DNA of 63,621 bases, the filler included, from Collodictyon triciliatum (lineage: Eukaryota), in NCBI GenBank assembly GCA_043381765.1. It is 18 parts of 17 records of this genome, joined end to end, with 100 filler letters (N's around TTAATTAATTAA, not from the genome) between each part and the next. Parts side by side here need not be neighbours in the genome. Positions count along the whole stretch, not along the records: positions 47,965 to 51,557 come from JBHJMP010007097.1; positions 51,658 to 55,252 come from JBHJMP010007098.1; positions 55,353 to 58,120 come from JBHJMP010007099.1; positions 58,221 to 61,811 come from JBHJMP010007101.1; positions 61,912 to 63,621 come from JBHJMP010007105.1; 13 more parts are not named here. One strand, written 5' to 3'. This document shows positions 50,651 through 63,621 of this stretch, piece by piece. The first letter of the stretch is position 1; every line of letters starts with the position of its first letter. The notes beneath the pieces were generated by a model. It saw nothing but the letters and a program-made list of their open reading frames with translations. It searched no databases and was not told the DNA's origin. Made by a program: the position numbers and the translations under genes.

Positions 50651-51152
50651 CAAGCTTCTTTTAAAACATTCACAACTTTTCTACATGATGTCATTTCAGG
50701 CTAGCATACAAATCCTTATATTTAATTTATATTTTTTCCGCAACTCCACCTGTGCCCGCGTTTGAATCCCTAAGCACAGAATCAATTTTTGACCTTAGTT
50801 GTCTGTTGGATAATAGAAGCTCATAGATTTATGATATACAGCGACATTGGCAACCCTCTACTCTATGTCGTACACAGACGCCGTCAGACTTACTCGACAC
50901 TATAATTCCTAAACATGTGACAAACCAGAGCAGTCCAAAAAATATCAAAATATAGGAGGGACATTTTGAGATGTTTGGGAATTCAAAATGTATCGGTATC
51001 TTTTTAACCGCGACATCTAAACAGATGTTATGATAACAACACCTCAAATTCGAACCCTTGTGAATAGTTTATGGAATTCAAACATATTCTTTTCGTATCT
51101 AGTAATTGTTTTGTGAAGGCATACTGATTCACTAACCATGAATCATATTGTC

Positions 51153-51557
51153 TTATCTCGTGGTGCACAATATCAAACCCAACAAATATTTAAATATCCA
51201 ATCAACCACACTTTCTTGAAAATGAATGTGATCGTACAACAGGCCACTATCAAGGGCAGACAAAGTCATGTAGGACCTCCTGAAGTATGGTATTCCATAT
51301 TTCCGAACAAATTCGTATTGAATCTCATTAATTTGATCAGTACATTTACTGTGCATCGAGGCTTGGTTATCAATCCAAATTTTGGGGCCCTTAAAGTTTG
51401 CATGAAGGTGATGAAAGAATTGCTTAAGCTCCTCTTTAATGTCGGTTAAATTACTTTTACGAGCGCAATCGTGAATTCCGAAAGAGAACACAAATAAATC
51501 CGGCTGCTTGAGATGAAGTACTTTCTCAAAAAGGTATCTATCATAGTCATCGAAGCT
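51153..51557 (-). CDS. SGNH/GDSL-fold (PC-esterase-like) protein, C-terminal part
   Basis: QPDLFVFSFGIHD (block III-like) and YDHIHF (DxxH) near the C-terminus. Confidence 0.65.
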   Translation of the reverse strand, partial: SFDDYDRYLFEKVLHLKQPDLFVFSFGIHDCARKSNLTDIKEELKQFFHHLHANFKGPKIWIDNQASMHSKCTDQINEIQYEFVRKYGIPYFRRSYMTLSALDSGLLYDHIHFQESVVDWIFKYLLGLILCTTR

Positions 51558-51823
51558 NNNNNNNNNNNNNNNNNNNNNNNNNNNNNNNNNNNNNNNNNNN
51601 NTTAATTAATTAANNNNNNNNNNNNNNNNNNNNNNNNNNNNNNNNNNNNNNNNNNNNAAAACAAAAAAACAAAAAAACAAAAAAACAAAAAAACAAAAAA
51701 ACAAAAAAACAAAAAAACAAAAAAACAAAAAAACATGAAAAGAGAAAAATAAAAAACAAAAAAAAAACACAAAAACAAAAAACACACAAAGACACAAACA
51801 ACGATCAAACCCACAAACAGGCG

Positions 51824-52915
51824 ATGGTGTATGTGAGCAGCGTGGCGTGGCGGCTGATTGGGGCGGGGATCATCTTTGTGAGCGGACTCGGGGGCGTGGT
51901 CGGGGGCAGCCTGGTGGTGGGGCCGCAGCACATGGGGCTGATCCAGGCGCTGGGGTGCGGGGTGATCCTGTCCACGGGGCTGGTGCACATGCTTCCGGAG
52001 GCGGCAGAGGGCCTGGCCGAGTATCCCGTGCCGCTGGGCGAGATCCTTGCCGTGGGCGGCGCGCTCTTTGTGGCCGTGCTGGAGGCCGCCGCCTCGCTCT
52101 ACCTGCGCACACGCACTGCGCGCGCAGTCATCCCTGTTTCGGCCGGCAAGGCCACGGCCGCGCACGAGGACGAGAGCGGCCCACACGCGACGGCCGGCCC
52201 GAGGATCTCGACGGTGGCGATGAGCCGGCTGCACACGCAAGGGGACGGCGCGGTGCCGAGCAGCGAGGCCAGCGGGAGGGGCGAGGCGGGCGTCCCGCTG
52301 CAGGTGCACATCCTGGAGGCGTCCATCGCCGTGCACTCGGTGCTGATCGGCCTTGCGCTCGGCGCGCTCACCGACACCACGCAGATCCACATCCTCATGA
52401 TAGTCCTGACCGTGCACCAGGGGCTGGAGGGCATCAGCCTGGCCGGCGTCCTCAATCCGCAGGGGAGGCCGCATTCCCACTCGCATCCGCATCCCCACTC
52501 GCATTCCCACTCGCATTCCCACTCGCATTCGCCTCTGGCCTCACCAACAAAGGCACCGGCCTCACCAGCAAAGGCGCGGCATGCGGCCATCTGCAACCCG
52601 CACTCGTACAACAGCCGCCTGGCCGTCCTCTTTGCCCTGTCCACCCCGGTCGGCGTCCTCATCGGCCTTGGGCTGAGCGAGGACTCGGCCGACTCGCGCA
52701 GCGTGGACCTGATCCGCGGCTTCCTCACATCCTTCGGCGCAGGCGTCCTTGTGTACACGGCCCTGGTCGAGCTGCTCCCCGCCGCCCTGCACGCCCACGA
52801 GCACTCCCACCTCCACTCCCACGCACACGCCTCCCACACCTCCTCCTTCCTCCTGCGCGTGCTCTTCCTCTGCGCGGGGGCCGCGGTCATGTGCGTCCTC
52901 TCCATCTGGGCGTAG
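51824..52915 (+). CDS. ZIP (ZRT/IRT) zinc/iron transporter, intronless
   Basis: GVILSTGLVHMLPEA, LEASIAVHSVLIGL, HQGLEG, FALSTPVG and AGVLVYTALVELL; eight predicted TMs. Confidence 0.93.
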   Translation: MVYVSSVAWRLIGAGIIFVSGLGGVVGGSLVVGPQHMGLIQALGCGVILSTGLVHMLPEAAEGLAEYPVPLGEILAVGGALFVAVLEAAASLYLRTRTARAVIPVSAGKATAAHEDESGPHATAGPRISTVAMSRLHTQGDGAVPSSEASGRGEAGVPLQVHILEASIAVHSVLIGLALGALTDTTQIHILMIVLTVHQGLEGISLAGVLNPQGRPHSHSHPHPHSHSHSHSHSHSPLASPTKAPASPAKARHAAICNPHSYNSRLAVLFALSTPVGVLIGLGLSEDSADSRSVDLIRGFLTSFGAGVLVYTALVELLPAALHAHEHSHLHSHAHASHTSSFLLRVLFLCAGAAVMCVLSIWA

Positions 52916-53081
52916 CGCCCTCTCCTAATCCATTCCCCCCCCTTGTATTTCGGCTTTTCTGTCCAGACACACCCTCCGCGCTCTGCGTCGGATCATTAAA
53001 CATCCCTTGCTCTCCTTTTTCCTTTTTGATCAATTGGCCTCAGCTGTGCGCTACGCGCCTAACGAGTAGTGCCCGGTCACG

Positions 53082-54805
53082 ATGGAAGCCCTTCACTCTA
53101 GCGCCGCCTTGGTCAAGGAACTGGCTGCCCAGTTGGAGGAAGCAGCCGACAAGGTTCTTTTTGCCTCGCTCAGTCTGTCGATCAGTTGATCTTTTTTTTT
53201 TTTTCCCAAAAAAAAAAACAAAACAAAACAAACAAAACAAAAACAAAACGTGGTGACTCAGCTGGCCACTTTCGGCTCGTCCTTGTTTTTTTTTTCTTTT
53301 TCCGTTTCGCTGGTCTTCCCCGGATCCGGCGCACGCGGGGCGCAGATCGCCGACTACTTCGAGGCGCAGGATCAGAGGCTCGCGGGGCACTTCGAGCGGT
53401 ACGCCGCGTGGGTGAGCACGGTGGAGGAGCATGTTGTCGACAAGGTAGAGCCTCATCGATCTGATCGCATCGCACCGCACCGTGAGTGCGGCCACGCGGG
53501 GCAGAGTCTAACGCCCCGCTGCAACGCGCACAGGCCCGGCTGACGCGCATCCAGCTGATCAAGCGGCAGCACACGCTGGAGGCGCAGACGACGCTGGCGC
53601 AGCGGCAGCACGAGCGCTTGCCGGTGGGGGCGGGGGCGGGGGCGGGGCGGGGCGGCGGGCGGCTGCGGCTGTGGCTGTGGCTGCAGGAGGAGGCGGTGTG
53701 GCGCGTGCACGTGGGGCGCGTGCAGCATCCGCCGCCGCGGCTGCCGGGGGATCTGCCGCCCCCGGACGACGCCCCCGGACACACACGCGCCGCGACCGGG
53801 GCTGCCCTGGTGGCGGCACACGTCTTCCCCGCGCTGCACCCGATCCCCGTGCTGATGCCGCTGGCGCGCCTGAGACACCTGCTGGGGGAGGTTGCGCAGC
53901 CCACGGGGGCAGAGACAGAGACAGAGACAGAGTCGGCGGTGGCGGTGGTGTCGCCCGTGCGCATGAGCAACCCGCGGGGCGTGGCCGTGCACCCGACGAG
54001 CGGCGAGATCTTTGTGTGCAACTACTCGGAGCACCACGTCTGCGTGCTGGACCCGCACACGCTGCAGCTGCGGCGGCGCATCGGCACGCGGGGCGCAAAG
54101 GCCGGGGAGGTGGCGGGGCCGACCGGCGTGGCGGTGTATGCGGCGGGCGACATGGTGCTGGTGTCGGAGGAGGAGAACCACCGCGTGCAGGCGTTCCACG
54201 TGGAGACGGGGCAGCCGCTGGGCGTGTCCAACGACGCGGCGGCAGGCGCAGCAGCCACAGACGCGGCCTTCAACTCGCCCTGGTTTGCGGACCTGCACGT
54301 CGACCCCGCCGCCCCCGACGCCCCCGTCCTCCTTGTCAGCGACCGCGCAAACCGCCGCGTGCGCGCCCTCGCCGTGGCCCCCGCCCTGGCCTACCTGCGC
54401 AACATCGCCGTCCCCGACGAGCCGTCCGCAATCGTCGTCGCGCCCCACGGCCGCCACTGCCGCCACCTCCACGGCCCCGCACACACCCACGCACACACCT
54501 TCTACGTCCTCGGCTGCGGCGGCTGCGTCGTCCGCGAGTACACCCTCGACGGCACCCTCCTCACCGAGTACCCCATCGCACAGACCGCCAGCGGCTACGT
54601 AAACACCCTCGCCCTCGGGCCCGAGGACTCCTTCCTCCTCGCAGACTTTGAAAACAGCCGCATCCGCCTCTACACCCACGACTTTCTCCTCATCGCTGAA
54701 TTCCCCTGGGCAAAGCCCGTCGGCATGGCCTTCGACTCGGACGGCAACTTCATCGTCGTCAATCGCAAGGACGGCCGCGTCGTCAAGTATCGCCACGAGG
54801 CGTGA
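53082..54805 (+). CDS. Coiled-coil plus NHL-repeat beta-propeller protein
   Basis: Exons 53082-53153, 53347-53443 and 53534-54805. NHL motifs NPRGVAVHP...IFVC, IGTRG...GPTGVAV...VSEEENHRVQAF and PVGMAFDSDGNFIV. Confidence 0.82.
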
Positions 54806-55219
54806 CCCGTGAACGCACCTCCCCTCCTCTTCCTCCTCTTCTCTTCTCCTCCTCTTCTCTTCTCTTCTCCTCTTCTCTTCTCTTCTCTTCTTGCGTATTC
54901 GCTCCCGCTCCCACTCCGGCTCTTTGGTCTGTGTGGAGCGCCATAAAAGTGCAAATGACGAGCCAACCAGATAGTGTTTAAAGGCACACCGGAACGATTC
55001 CTATATGTGTTTTCCGCCCTTGTTTGTAATCACTAGTTTTCTTTTACATTTTTTTTTTGTTTGTTTTGAATATCTCCGTCATATTCATGCTTCTGGCTCT
55101 TGGCTTCTGGCTTTTTGGTGTTTGGTTTTTTGGTTTCCTTGGAAAGAGAAAAAGAAATAAAAGAGCCCAAGCCACTGAAAGCCCCCTGTTGGAAACAAAA
55201 AAAAAAAACGACTAAATCA

Positions 55220-55252
<33 letters not shown>

Positions 55253-55476
55253 NNNNNNNNNNNNNNNNNNNNNNNNNNNNNNNNNNNNNNNNNNNNTTAA
55301 TTAATTAANNNNNNNNNNNNNNNNNNNNNNNNNNNNNNNNNNNNNNNNNNNNAACAAAAAAACAAAAAAACAAAAAAACAAAAAAACAAAAAAACAAAAA
55401 AACAAAAAAACAAAAAAACAAAAAAACAGGCAGCTATTTCGTCTGGGCAACCTGAAGCCAGGTGGCAACGACACCG

Positions 55477-57026
55477 ATGGACGCAACGTATCAGCGACAC
55501 GTGCGAACAGGTCAAATCGCAGCGATCGGTCTAGGTTTTCTTCTCTTCGGCTTCTTCAGCTCAACTCTTTTCTCCCTTCAAGATACTGAAGCTATCGGAA
55601 CAGACTCAAAGCCAATCACGGTTGCTGTGGACGCTCTGGTTGGTCTCTACTCTGCACAGTCATTTATTTTCTCTCTCTTTTTTATTACTATTACTTTTAC
55701 CATTATTGTATTATTATTACTATTGTCTTCGTTGTTATTATATTTACTTTATTATCGTCATCATTTTATAAAATAGTTTTCCTGTACTCCGAAAAATTAC
55801 TGTATGTGAAAAAGTGGTTAGAGTCTGACTTCAAATCTTGCAATATGAAGACGAAGCCATCTCGTTCCGTACACATTTTTCTTCTCTACTTCTACACTCT
55901 TCTAATGTCTTTTTTTTTCTCGTTCAATCCTGTAACTTAAAGGGCGGCCAGATGAACACTTGCGATCCAAACCTCATGACTGGTCTGAGTCGAAAGCATA
56001 ATCCACGTAAAGTTATCAGATAATAGTCATAGTTTCTGATAGCGAAGACATAAAGTCATTTAGTGAACCTAGATCGCCTCATCCCTTCAAAATAATCAAT
56101 GGCCACTTTAATAGCCTGAGCTATAAAGTTGCAAATTGTATGGGTTGAATGTTAGGGTGAGAATAACACACATACTGTCTTATGGAATGTCTCTTCATTA
56201 GATGATCATCACGATGAGAACTGGATAGAGAAAGTGAAGCCGATTGTAAAGTGTCAATTAAATTTGTCGCATTACAACAACTTTATTCTATCAGAGTTCA
56301 ACAATACAAACCTAAAAACGATGGTATGTGTTTCTTCATGATTCTTAGAACTATTAGAGATTATTGCGCTGTACAGTTTTTTTTTTTTGGTTCATTTCAT
56401 CAGGTAATCTGAAATATGCTTGGCTATATTGAAATGAACCTCATTTAAAAAATATTCCTTCTTCATGGCCACATTCATAGAAGAAATACCAAATGCAAAA
56501 GTTAGCTGATACATGTGATACAAGCCTTCTGAGTGATTGTGTTGGAACACCCAGTTACGAATGGGAGGTTAAAGGTCAAACCCGAGCTTGTTCTCCTGTG
56601 TGTAGAAATTACAACGATACGTTGGGGTTGTTTTTCTCACGTCCAAACATAATATTCTATCTTTGAGGAATATATCACAATTGTCTACTTCATAATGTGA
56701 CACTTCAATTTGAATGGGTAAATAAATATAGTTGCTCACCTTCTATTGAATGATACTTACCATTCGTTAGGACATGCGGGCCTTTATTCTTTATTATTGG
56801 AGCGCAAAAGGCGGCTACTACTTCCTTATTCTCATACATATCAGGCCATCCACATTTCCGGAGACCGTCCAAGAAAGAGCTCCATTTTTATGATAGGAAT
56901 GATATCCCATCCACCCAGTTTGTCTTTTTTTTATATTCACCTTTATTCATTTATTTATTACTATCACTATTCTAGTAAGTCATCCACGACTGTTTCGCTC
57001 ATTTAATCGATTATTATTATTATTAA

Positions 57027-57114
<88 letters not shown>

Positions 57115-57982
57115 CGTCATACAGGAGCGAACGCTATGCCAGTTACTTACCCTTGTTCCCCAAGTGCAAGGTTTGACAGATTCTCTACCAAAAACCTTTC
57201 TATTTCTATTTCTATTTCTATTTCTATTTCTATTTCTATTTCTATTTCTATTTCTATTTCTATTTCTATTTCTATTTCTATTTCTATTTCTTTTTCAAAT
57301 CACACTCTGAATTAACGCTTATATGGCCCAGAACTGCATCACCGGAGAAGCATCTCCTTCATACTCAATGGTACCTGATGCTGCCAAAAGTATCCACCGG
57401 GATTGGCCCAACGCCCGTATTATTTTGATTGTCCGTAACCCAACAAGTCGAGCGATTTCTCATTACCGAATGCTGGTCACCCCCAGTTGGAAGGCACACC
57501 ACAGCTTTGAAATCGGAGAAATAGGTATAGATGTGAAATCCTTTACCGAAGAGATAGGGGAGAACATGAGGCGACTTCGTGAGGAGCAACTTGTGGATGA
57601 GGTGGGGGGCACGCTCGACCTTTCTCGTGCCTATCCCGTCCATCCAGGCGTCTTTGGCAATTATCTTGAACGAGGGATGTACGCGAGCATCATTGAAACC
57701 TGGCTGAAGGTCATTCCCAACACACAGCTCCTGGTGATCAAGTATGAAGACCTGATTGATTCCCAGAAGCAGTTGTGTGTGCTTCGACAAGTCTTGCGCT
57801 TTGTGGGTTTGCAGTACCAAAAACTCGACCACAGGATGACATGGTCTCTCCCTCACGACAACGGCAAAGACTCCAGTGTCGATGTTGACGAAGATTTCAT
57901 GGCTAAGGTAACGCGTTTCTTCCGTCCTTTCAATCACCGCCTGAACCTGATCCTCGGAAACGACGCCGGATACCCAGATTGA
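55477..57982 (+). CDS. Type II membrane sulfotransferase (heparan sulfate 3-O/N-sulfotransferase-like fold)
   Basis: N-terminal TM. 5'-PAPS-binding FFIIGAQKAATTSL...HP...KELHFYD, GEASPSY, 3'-phosphate-binding IILIVRNPTSRAISHY, GMY...W and FFRPFNHRL. Confidence 0.9.
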
Positions 57983-58083
57983 TGGCTTTTGTATCTTCTC
58001 ATGTGCTTCTCACAAACTTTTGTCTATGCGACATTTCATTCTGGGAATCTCTCCTTTTTTTTTTTTTTTTTTTTTTTTTGTTT

Positions 58084-58120
<37 letters not shown>

Positions 58121-58407
58121 NNNNNNNNNNNNNNNNNNNNNNNNNNNNNNNNNNNNNNNNNNNNTTAATTAATTAANNNNNNNNNNNNNNNNNNNNNNNN
58201 NNNNNNNNNNNNNNNNNNNNAAAGAAAAAGAAAGAAAAAGAAAGAAAAAGAAAGAAAGAAAAAGAAAGAAAGAAAAAGAAAGAAAGAAAAAGAAAGAAAG
58301 AAAAAGAAAGAAAGAAAAAGAAAGAAAGAAAGAAAAAGAAGAGAAAAGGGAAAATAGGAAAGAAAGAAAAGAGGAAGGAAAGAAAAGATTATGTTTCTCA
58401 GCGCCAC

Positions 58408-58536
58408 GCCCGACTGTGGGACAATGGTTGGCTTGACGAGCCCAGAGGCAAACATCGTGGCTGTTGTGGGCTTGCCTGGCGAAGCTTTGGCCGCAGTTGC
58501 AAAGGAACGCAAAGGATGAAGAATGTTGCGTATCAT
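58408..58536 (-). CDS. First exon of a probable mitochondrion-targeted protein (3' partial)
   Basis: MIRNILHPLRSFATAAKAS: no acidic residues and an R-S-F-A cleavage-like motif. Confidence 0.55.
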
Positions 58537-58800
58537 CTTCCTGGTTTGAGGTATATTTGGCTGCAGTTTGAGAAGTTTGCACACCAGAAAGCTGCTCTTC
58601 TGCTTTACTCAACTCCCGTTCTTCTGTCTTTATACATCATTTTATTTCAATTTATTTGGGGTTTTTTCTTTTCTTTTCCATCTGATTTTCAACGCTGATT
58701 GCTTTGATTTACAAGGCAAACAAATTCTACATGTGGAAAATATCTGTTTTTCTTTATTCTCGCCTGGCCTTCTTCACGAAAACACCTGCGCGCTGATTCA

Positions 58801-61578
58801 TCATTCAAAGGAAAATGCTTGGATTCGATTGTTCGGCTTGAAATCGCACACATAGAGATTTTCGTTTGCGCCGAAACATATTCCAATCTGATAACTGAAC
58901 TGGCCGGCACCCGAGCCTTTGGAGCCAATCCGGTGGATTTCTTTTCCGTGCTGATCGTAGACAACAACATTGTGCGCGTTTTGGTCGCTGACAAAGAGGG
59001 TTTTCCCTGGACCCTCAGTCACGGCCGAATTGTTGACCAGCTTGCGGATGGGAATCGACCGAAGGAAACAACCGTTGCAGTCATACACAGTGATGGTGTT
59101 CCCTGCATGACCGATTACACAGACTTCGTTTTCGGATGTGACGCACAAAGCTTCCGGTTTTGTTGCAGCCCTATCGTCCCCTGCAGCCTGGGCAAAGGAG
59201 CATTCGAATTCCAATGACTCGTTGAATTTGTCAACTCGGTTTTTTGCTCTATTAGCAACAAACAGGTTTCCTGTCCTATCAAACACTACGCCCATAGGCT
59301 CCAGAAATCCATCAAATGAATCAACCTGGGTGCAGGTTTCCGACTTCCTATGTCCTGCTTGAATGACCTCGACATGATTATGCGAAGGGTCGAAAATCTG
59401 AATCCTGTTTGCATCACGCTCAGCTATGGCTATCAATCCATTTGCTGAGACAGATATCCCTGTAGGCACCAAAAACCGACCAGCGTCCGAGCCTCGGCTA
59501 CCAAAGTGGCATATGTACCCCAGCCCTTCGTCTAGAACCTGCACACGGTGATTATCTCTCTCTGTGACATAGATGTTTCCAGTTAGGGGGCTTGCGGCTA
59601 TACCAAACGGACAGTTGAAACCAACACCACCAGTCTCTGTCTGCTTGGAAAAGTGGTAGTCCTGTGCTTTTGATCTCCATACTCTCTTGAACATTTTGGG
59701 GAGGGTTTTAACTCGAATCCATTTGTACTCCCTCGGAATGTTAAGAGTCACTACATCGCCTCTGAACGGCAGAAACTCAATCATGCCAACCTTGCTATCG
59801 ATCGACGATCCAAAGTCTTGCAGCACGTCGTCTGTCTTTGAAGACTCGATCACTGCGATCGACCTGCATTTCGACTCGCTTATAATTTGCGGATTTCCTT
59901 CATTCTTGAATTTCTTGAGGGTGTACTCAGAAAATCTCACGGAGTGCTCACAGGCCAATTTCTGTATTTGAAGTCCATCATACTCCATTTCGATCGGTTT
60001 CCAAGATTTTCTATGAGTATCTTCTAGCTACAGCATACATTTTTTTTTATAATTAGCGGATTGAGAATTTATTTAACTTGGTAGTCTTTCGTTCTTAGAA
60101 GACTCAAGCTGTGTCTATGCGCTGGTTATTATTATTATTTTAAAAAAATAAAAGTCATATGGAAATATAAAGTACTCTTGATATAACGTCTGTCTCTAAT
60201 TGCTCGACTTGGTGTAGACACGACATCAGCTGTTCTCTATAAGATGAGAACTCAGCTTTGATCTCTTCTCTAGTGTGTTCCAGTCTGTCTTCTCCCTATG
60301 ATAATTTTTCCCAAATAAATATAAAAAAAGCATTAAGTCCAAAAGCCCCCGCATGCCTAGATAAATGCTCCTTCTCAGGAAGATTAATGAATTAAAAATG
60401 CTGAAAAATAAAGTTAATGGAATTCATGAGTGCACAATATCTTTTTCTACTTTTATGGAAGAGAAATATTATACGTATTGTAATACCTCCAAAATTTTCC
60501 TTTCATATATTTCGATGCAGTTTTCATGTGTTTGCAAAATCTCGCCCAACTTTTCACCCAGGGAAGGTAAATCGTCGCTGATGCCCTGCCTGGGCTGACT
60601 CCACGGAATCTCTGAATGAGTGGGGAATTTTCGGGCATGATCGAATCCACATTCCACACACATATACCTTTCTCCCAAGCACTCGTTGCATACGTATTGG
60701 ATGGTATTTTTGGGGTGTTGAAGACAGAATATTTTTGCCGATGTGTTGCTCAGTTCTTCCTGTTTTCTTAAAAGTAAGAAAAATTATTTGGGTAGCATAC
60801 ATTAGACCTCGTGGAAGAAATATGCGTGGGAGCAGAGAGGCTTTCTCATGGGTAAAAAAAGAGAGAAGGAAGCAATCGAATATCTAGAGTCAGATTTCAT
60901 ATAAGATTGGAGACAGCACGCTATTTTGTTAAGTTTGATGAAATATTACATGTTCAGACTGTGAAAAATAGACGAGCAAAGTGATATTGATGGTTGCCCA
61001 AAAAACTTTGGAACGGTCAGTCAGAACCAAGAAAGGGAAGCAAAACACATCAATCAAGCATTTTTTTTTAAAAAAAAAAAGAGAGGAGAGAGGAGAGAGG
61101 TAGAGGGATAGAGGGATAGAGAGAAAAGGACAAACATGACACTATGTGAAATGAATCCGATGAACTTGGAATGGAGACTCCTGCAGCCATCACAGAGATA
61201 CCCACAACCATCACGGCAGAAATGATATGGCGAGGCCTCGCATTCACTGGTTGAGCAGCGCTTTGGAGCAGGGTCTGCGTGTGGCGAGGGAAGGCCCTTT
61301 TTCTCTGCTTTTCTATTGTGCTGGCCGACAAGTTCTTCGATTGCGCTCGCTTTCTGGAAGGCGGATAGTGGGTCGGGATGCTGCAGGTTGATCGACTGGC
61401 CTGCGCGGCAGAGAGGGCACGAGAAGGCAGACACTTGCGCGGCGGAGGCGTTTTGGATCAGGGCAGAAAGGCAGCCGCTGCAAAAGACGTGTGTGCACGA
61501 AATGCTTAAGGGCGCCAGGAAGAGCGAGTGGCAAACAGGGCAGAGTAGATCCGCAGGTGCTTCGTCAGGTTGCTCCAT
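58801..61578 (-). CDS. TRIM-NHL-type protein: RING, B-box 1, B-box 2, coiled coil, NHL repeats
   Basis: C3HC4 RING CPVC...CTHVFCSGC...CPLCR. B-box C...C...FC...YLCDGC..H...H. Second B-box CLQH...YVCNEC...MCVEC...H. NHL exon FNCPFGIA...IYVTERDNHRVQV...FGSRGS..GRF..P.GI. Confidence 0.9.
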
Positions 61579-61955
61579 CGGTCCTGTGGCGCTGTTGTGT
61601 TTCTATTGGTTCGTTCGCTTTTGGGGCAGACTTTTGTTTTTTGTTTTTTTTTGTTTTTTTGTTTTATTGTTTTAGTTTTTAGTTTTTTTGTTTTTTTGTT
61701 TTATTGTTTTAGTTTTTAGTTTTTTTGTTTTTTTGTTTTTTTGTTTTTTTGTTTTTTTGTTTTTTTTGTTTTTTTGTTTTTTTTGTTTTTTTTTTTTTTT
61801 TTTTTTTTTTTNNNNNNNNNNNNNNNNNNNNNNNNNNNNNNNNNNNNNNNNNNNNTTAATTAATTAANNNNNNNNNNNNNNNNNNNNNNNNNNNNNNNNN
61901 NNNNNNNNNNNTCATATTTTCGATGAATGCAATCCACATGAATCACTAATGGTGA

Positions 61956-62053
<98 letters not shown>

Positions 62054-62116
62054 GTCATTCCTACTCTTTAATTGTGGAAACCTAACATGATAGATTTACT
62101 GATTCATGAAACCAAC

Positions 62117-63472
<1,356 letters not shown>

Positions 63473-63524
63473 CTGACGATTTCAAAATGAATGAAAAAAT
63501 GTGTCAGGGAATGTCTCAATGCTC

Positions 63525-63621
<97 letters not shown>

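Noticed and set aside
51602..54987. Long overlapping and antisense ORFs (268-469 aa) in the GC-rich contig
   Set aside because: They are shadow frames caused by high GC3; only the ZIP and NHL frames carry family motifs.
11524..57982. Apparent glycan-modification cluster (fucosyltransferase, SGNH protein, sulfotransferase, SQ surface protein)
   Set aside because: Each gene sits on a different contig joined by artificial spacers, so there is no evidence of linkage.

Overview
Eukaryotic (most likely protist) nuclear DNA, intron-dense and microsatellite-rich. The window is not one locus. It holds 18 unrelated contigs, mostly about 3.6 kb and apparently sorted by length, joined by artificial 100-bp spacers (44 N + TTAATTAATTAA + 44 N), so adjacency across spacers is meaningless. 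Manual splicing recovers: uL23/RPL23A with an H1-like N-terminal extension, an FLVCR-type MFS transporter, an ankyrin-MYND protein, an O-fucosyltransferase, MMAA, a Rubicon-homology protein, proteasome alpha-3, an amino-acid transporter, the first exon of TRM5, a decayed Zn alcohol dehydrogenase, a DUF4114-like/cadherin-like/(SQ)n surface protein, a soluble adenylyl cyclase-like protein, Aha1, a GBP-like pseudo-GTPase, a Sel1-repeat protein ending DDEL, an SGNH protein, a ZIP transporter, two NHL proteins (one a full TRIM-NHL), a sulfotransferase and TBCD. There are also two copies of one L1-like LINE family. The most interesting unexplained signals are a roughly 115-nt strand-specific structured-RNA candidate (31628-31742), a mid-gene switch from G-ending to C-ending codons in two neighbouring genes, the poly-T frameshifted (SQ)n surface gene, and relaxed splice-site rules including an AT-AC bounded intron. 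All family assignments come from motif recognition by eye; no searches were run.
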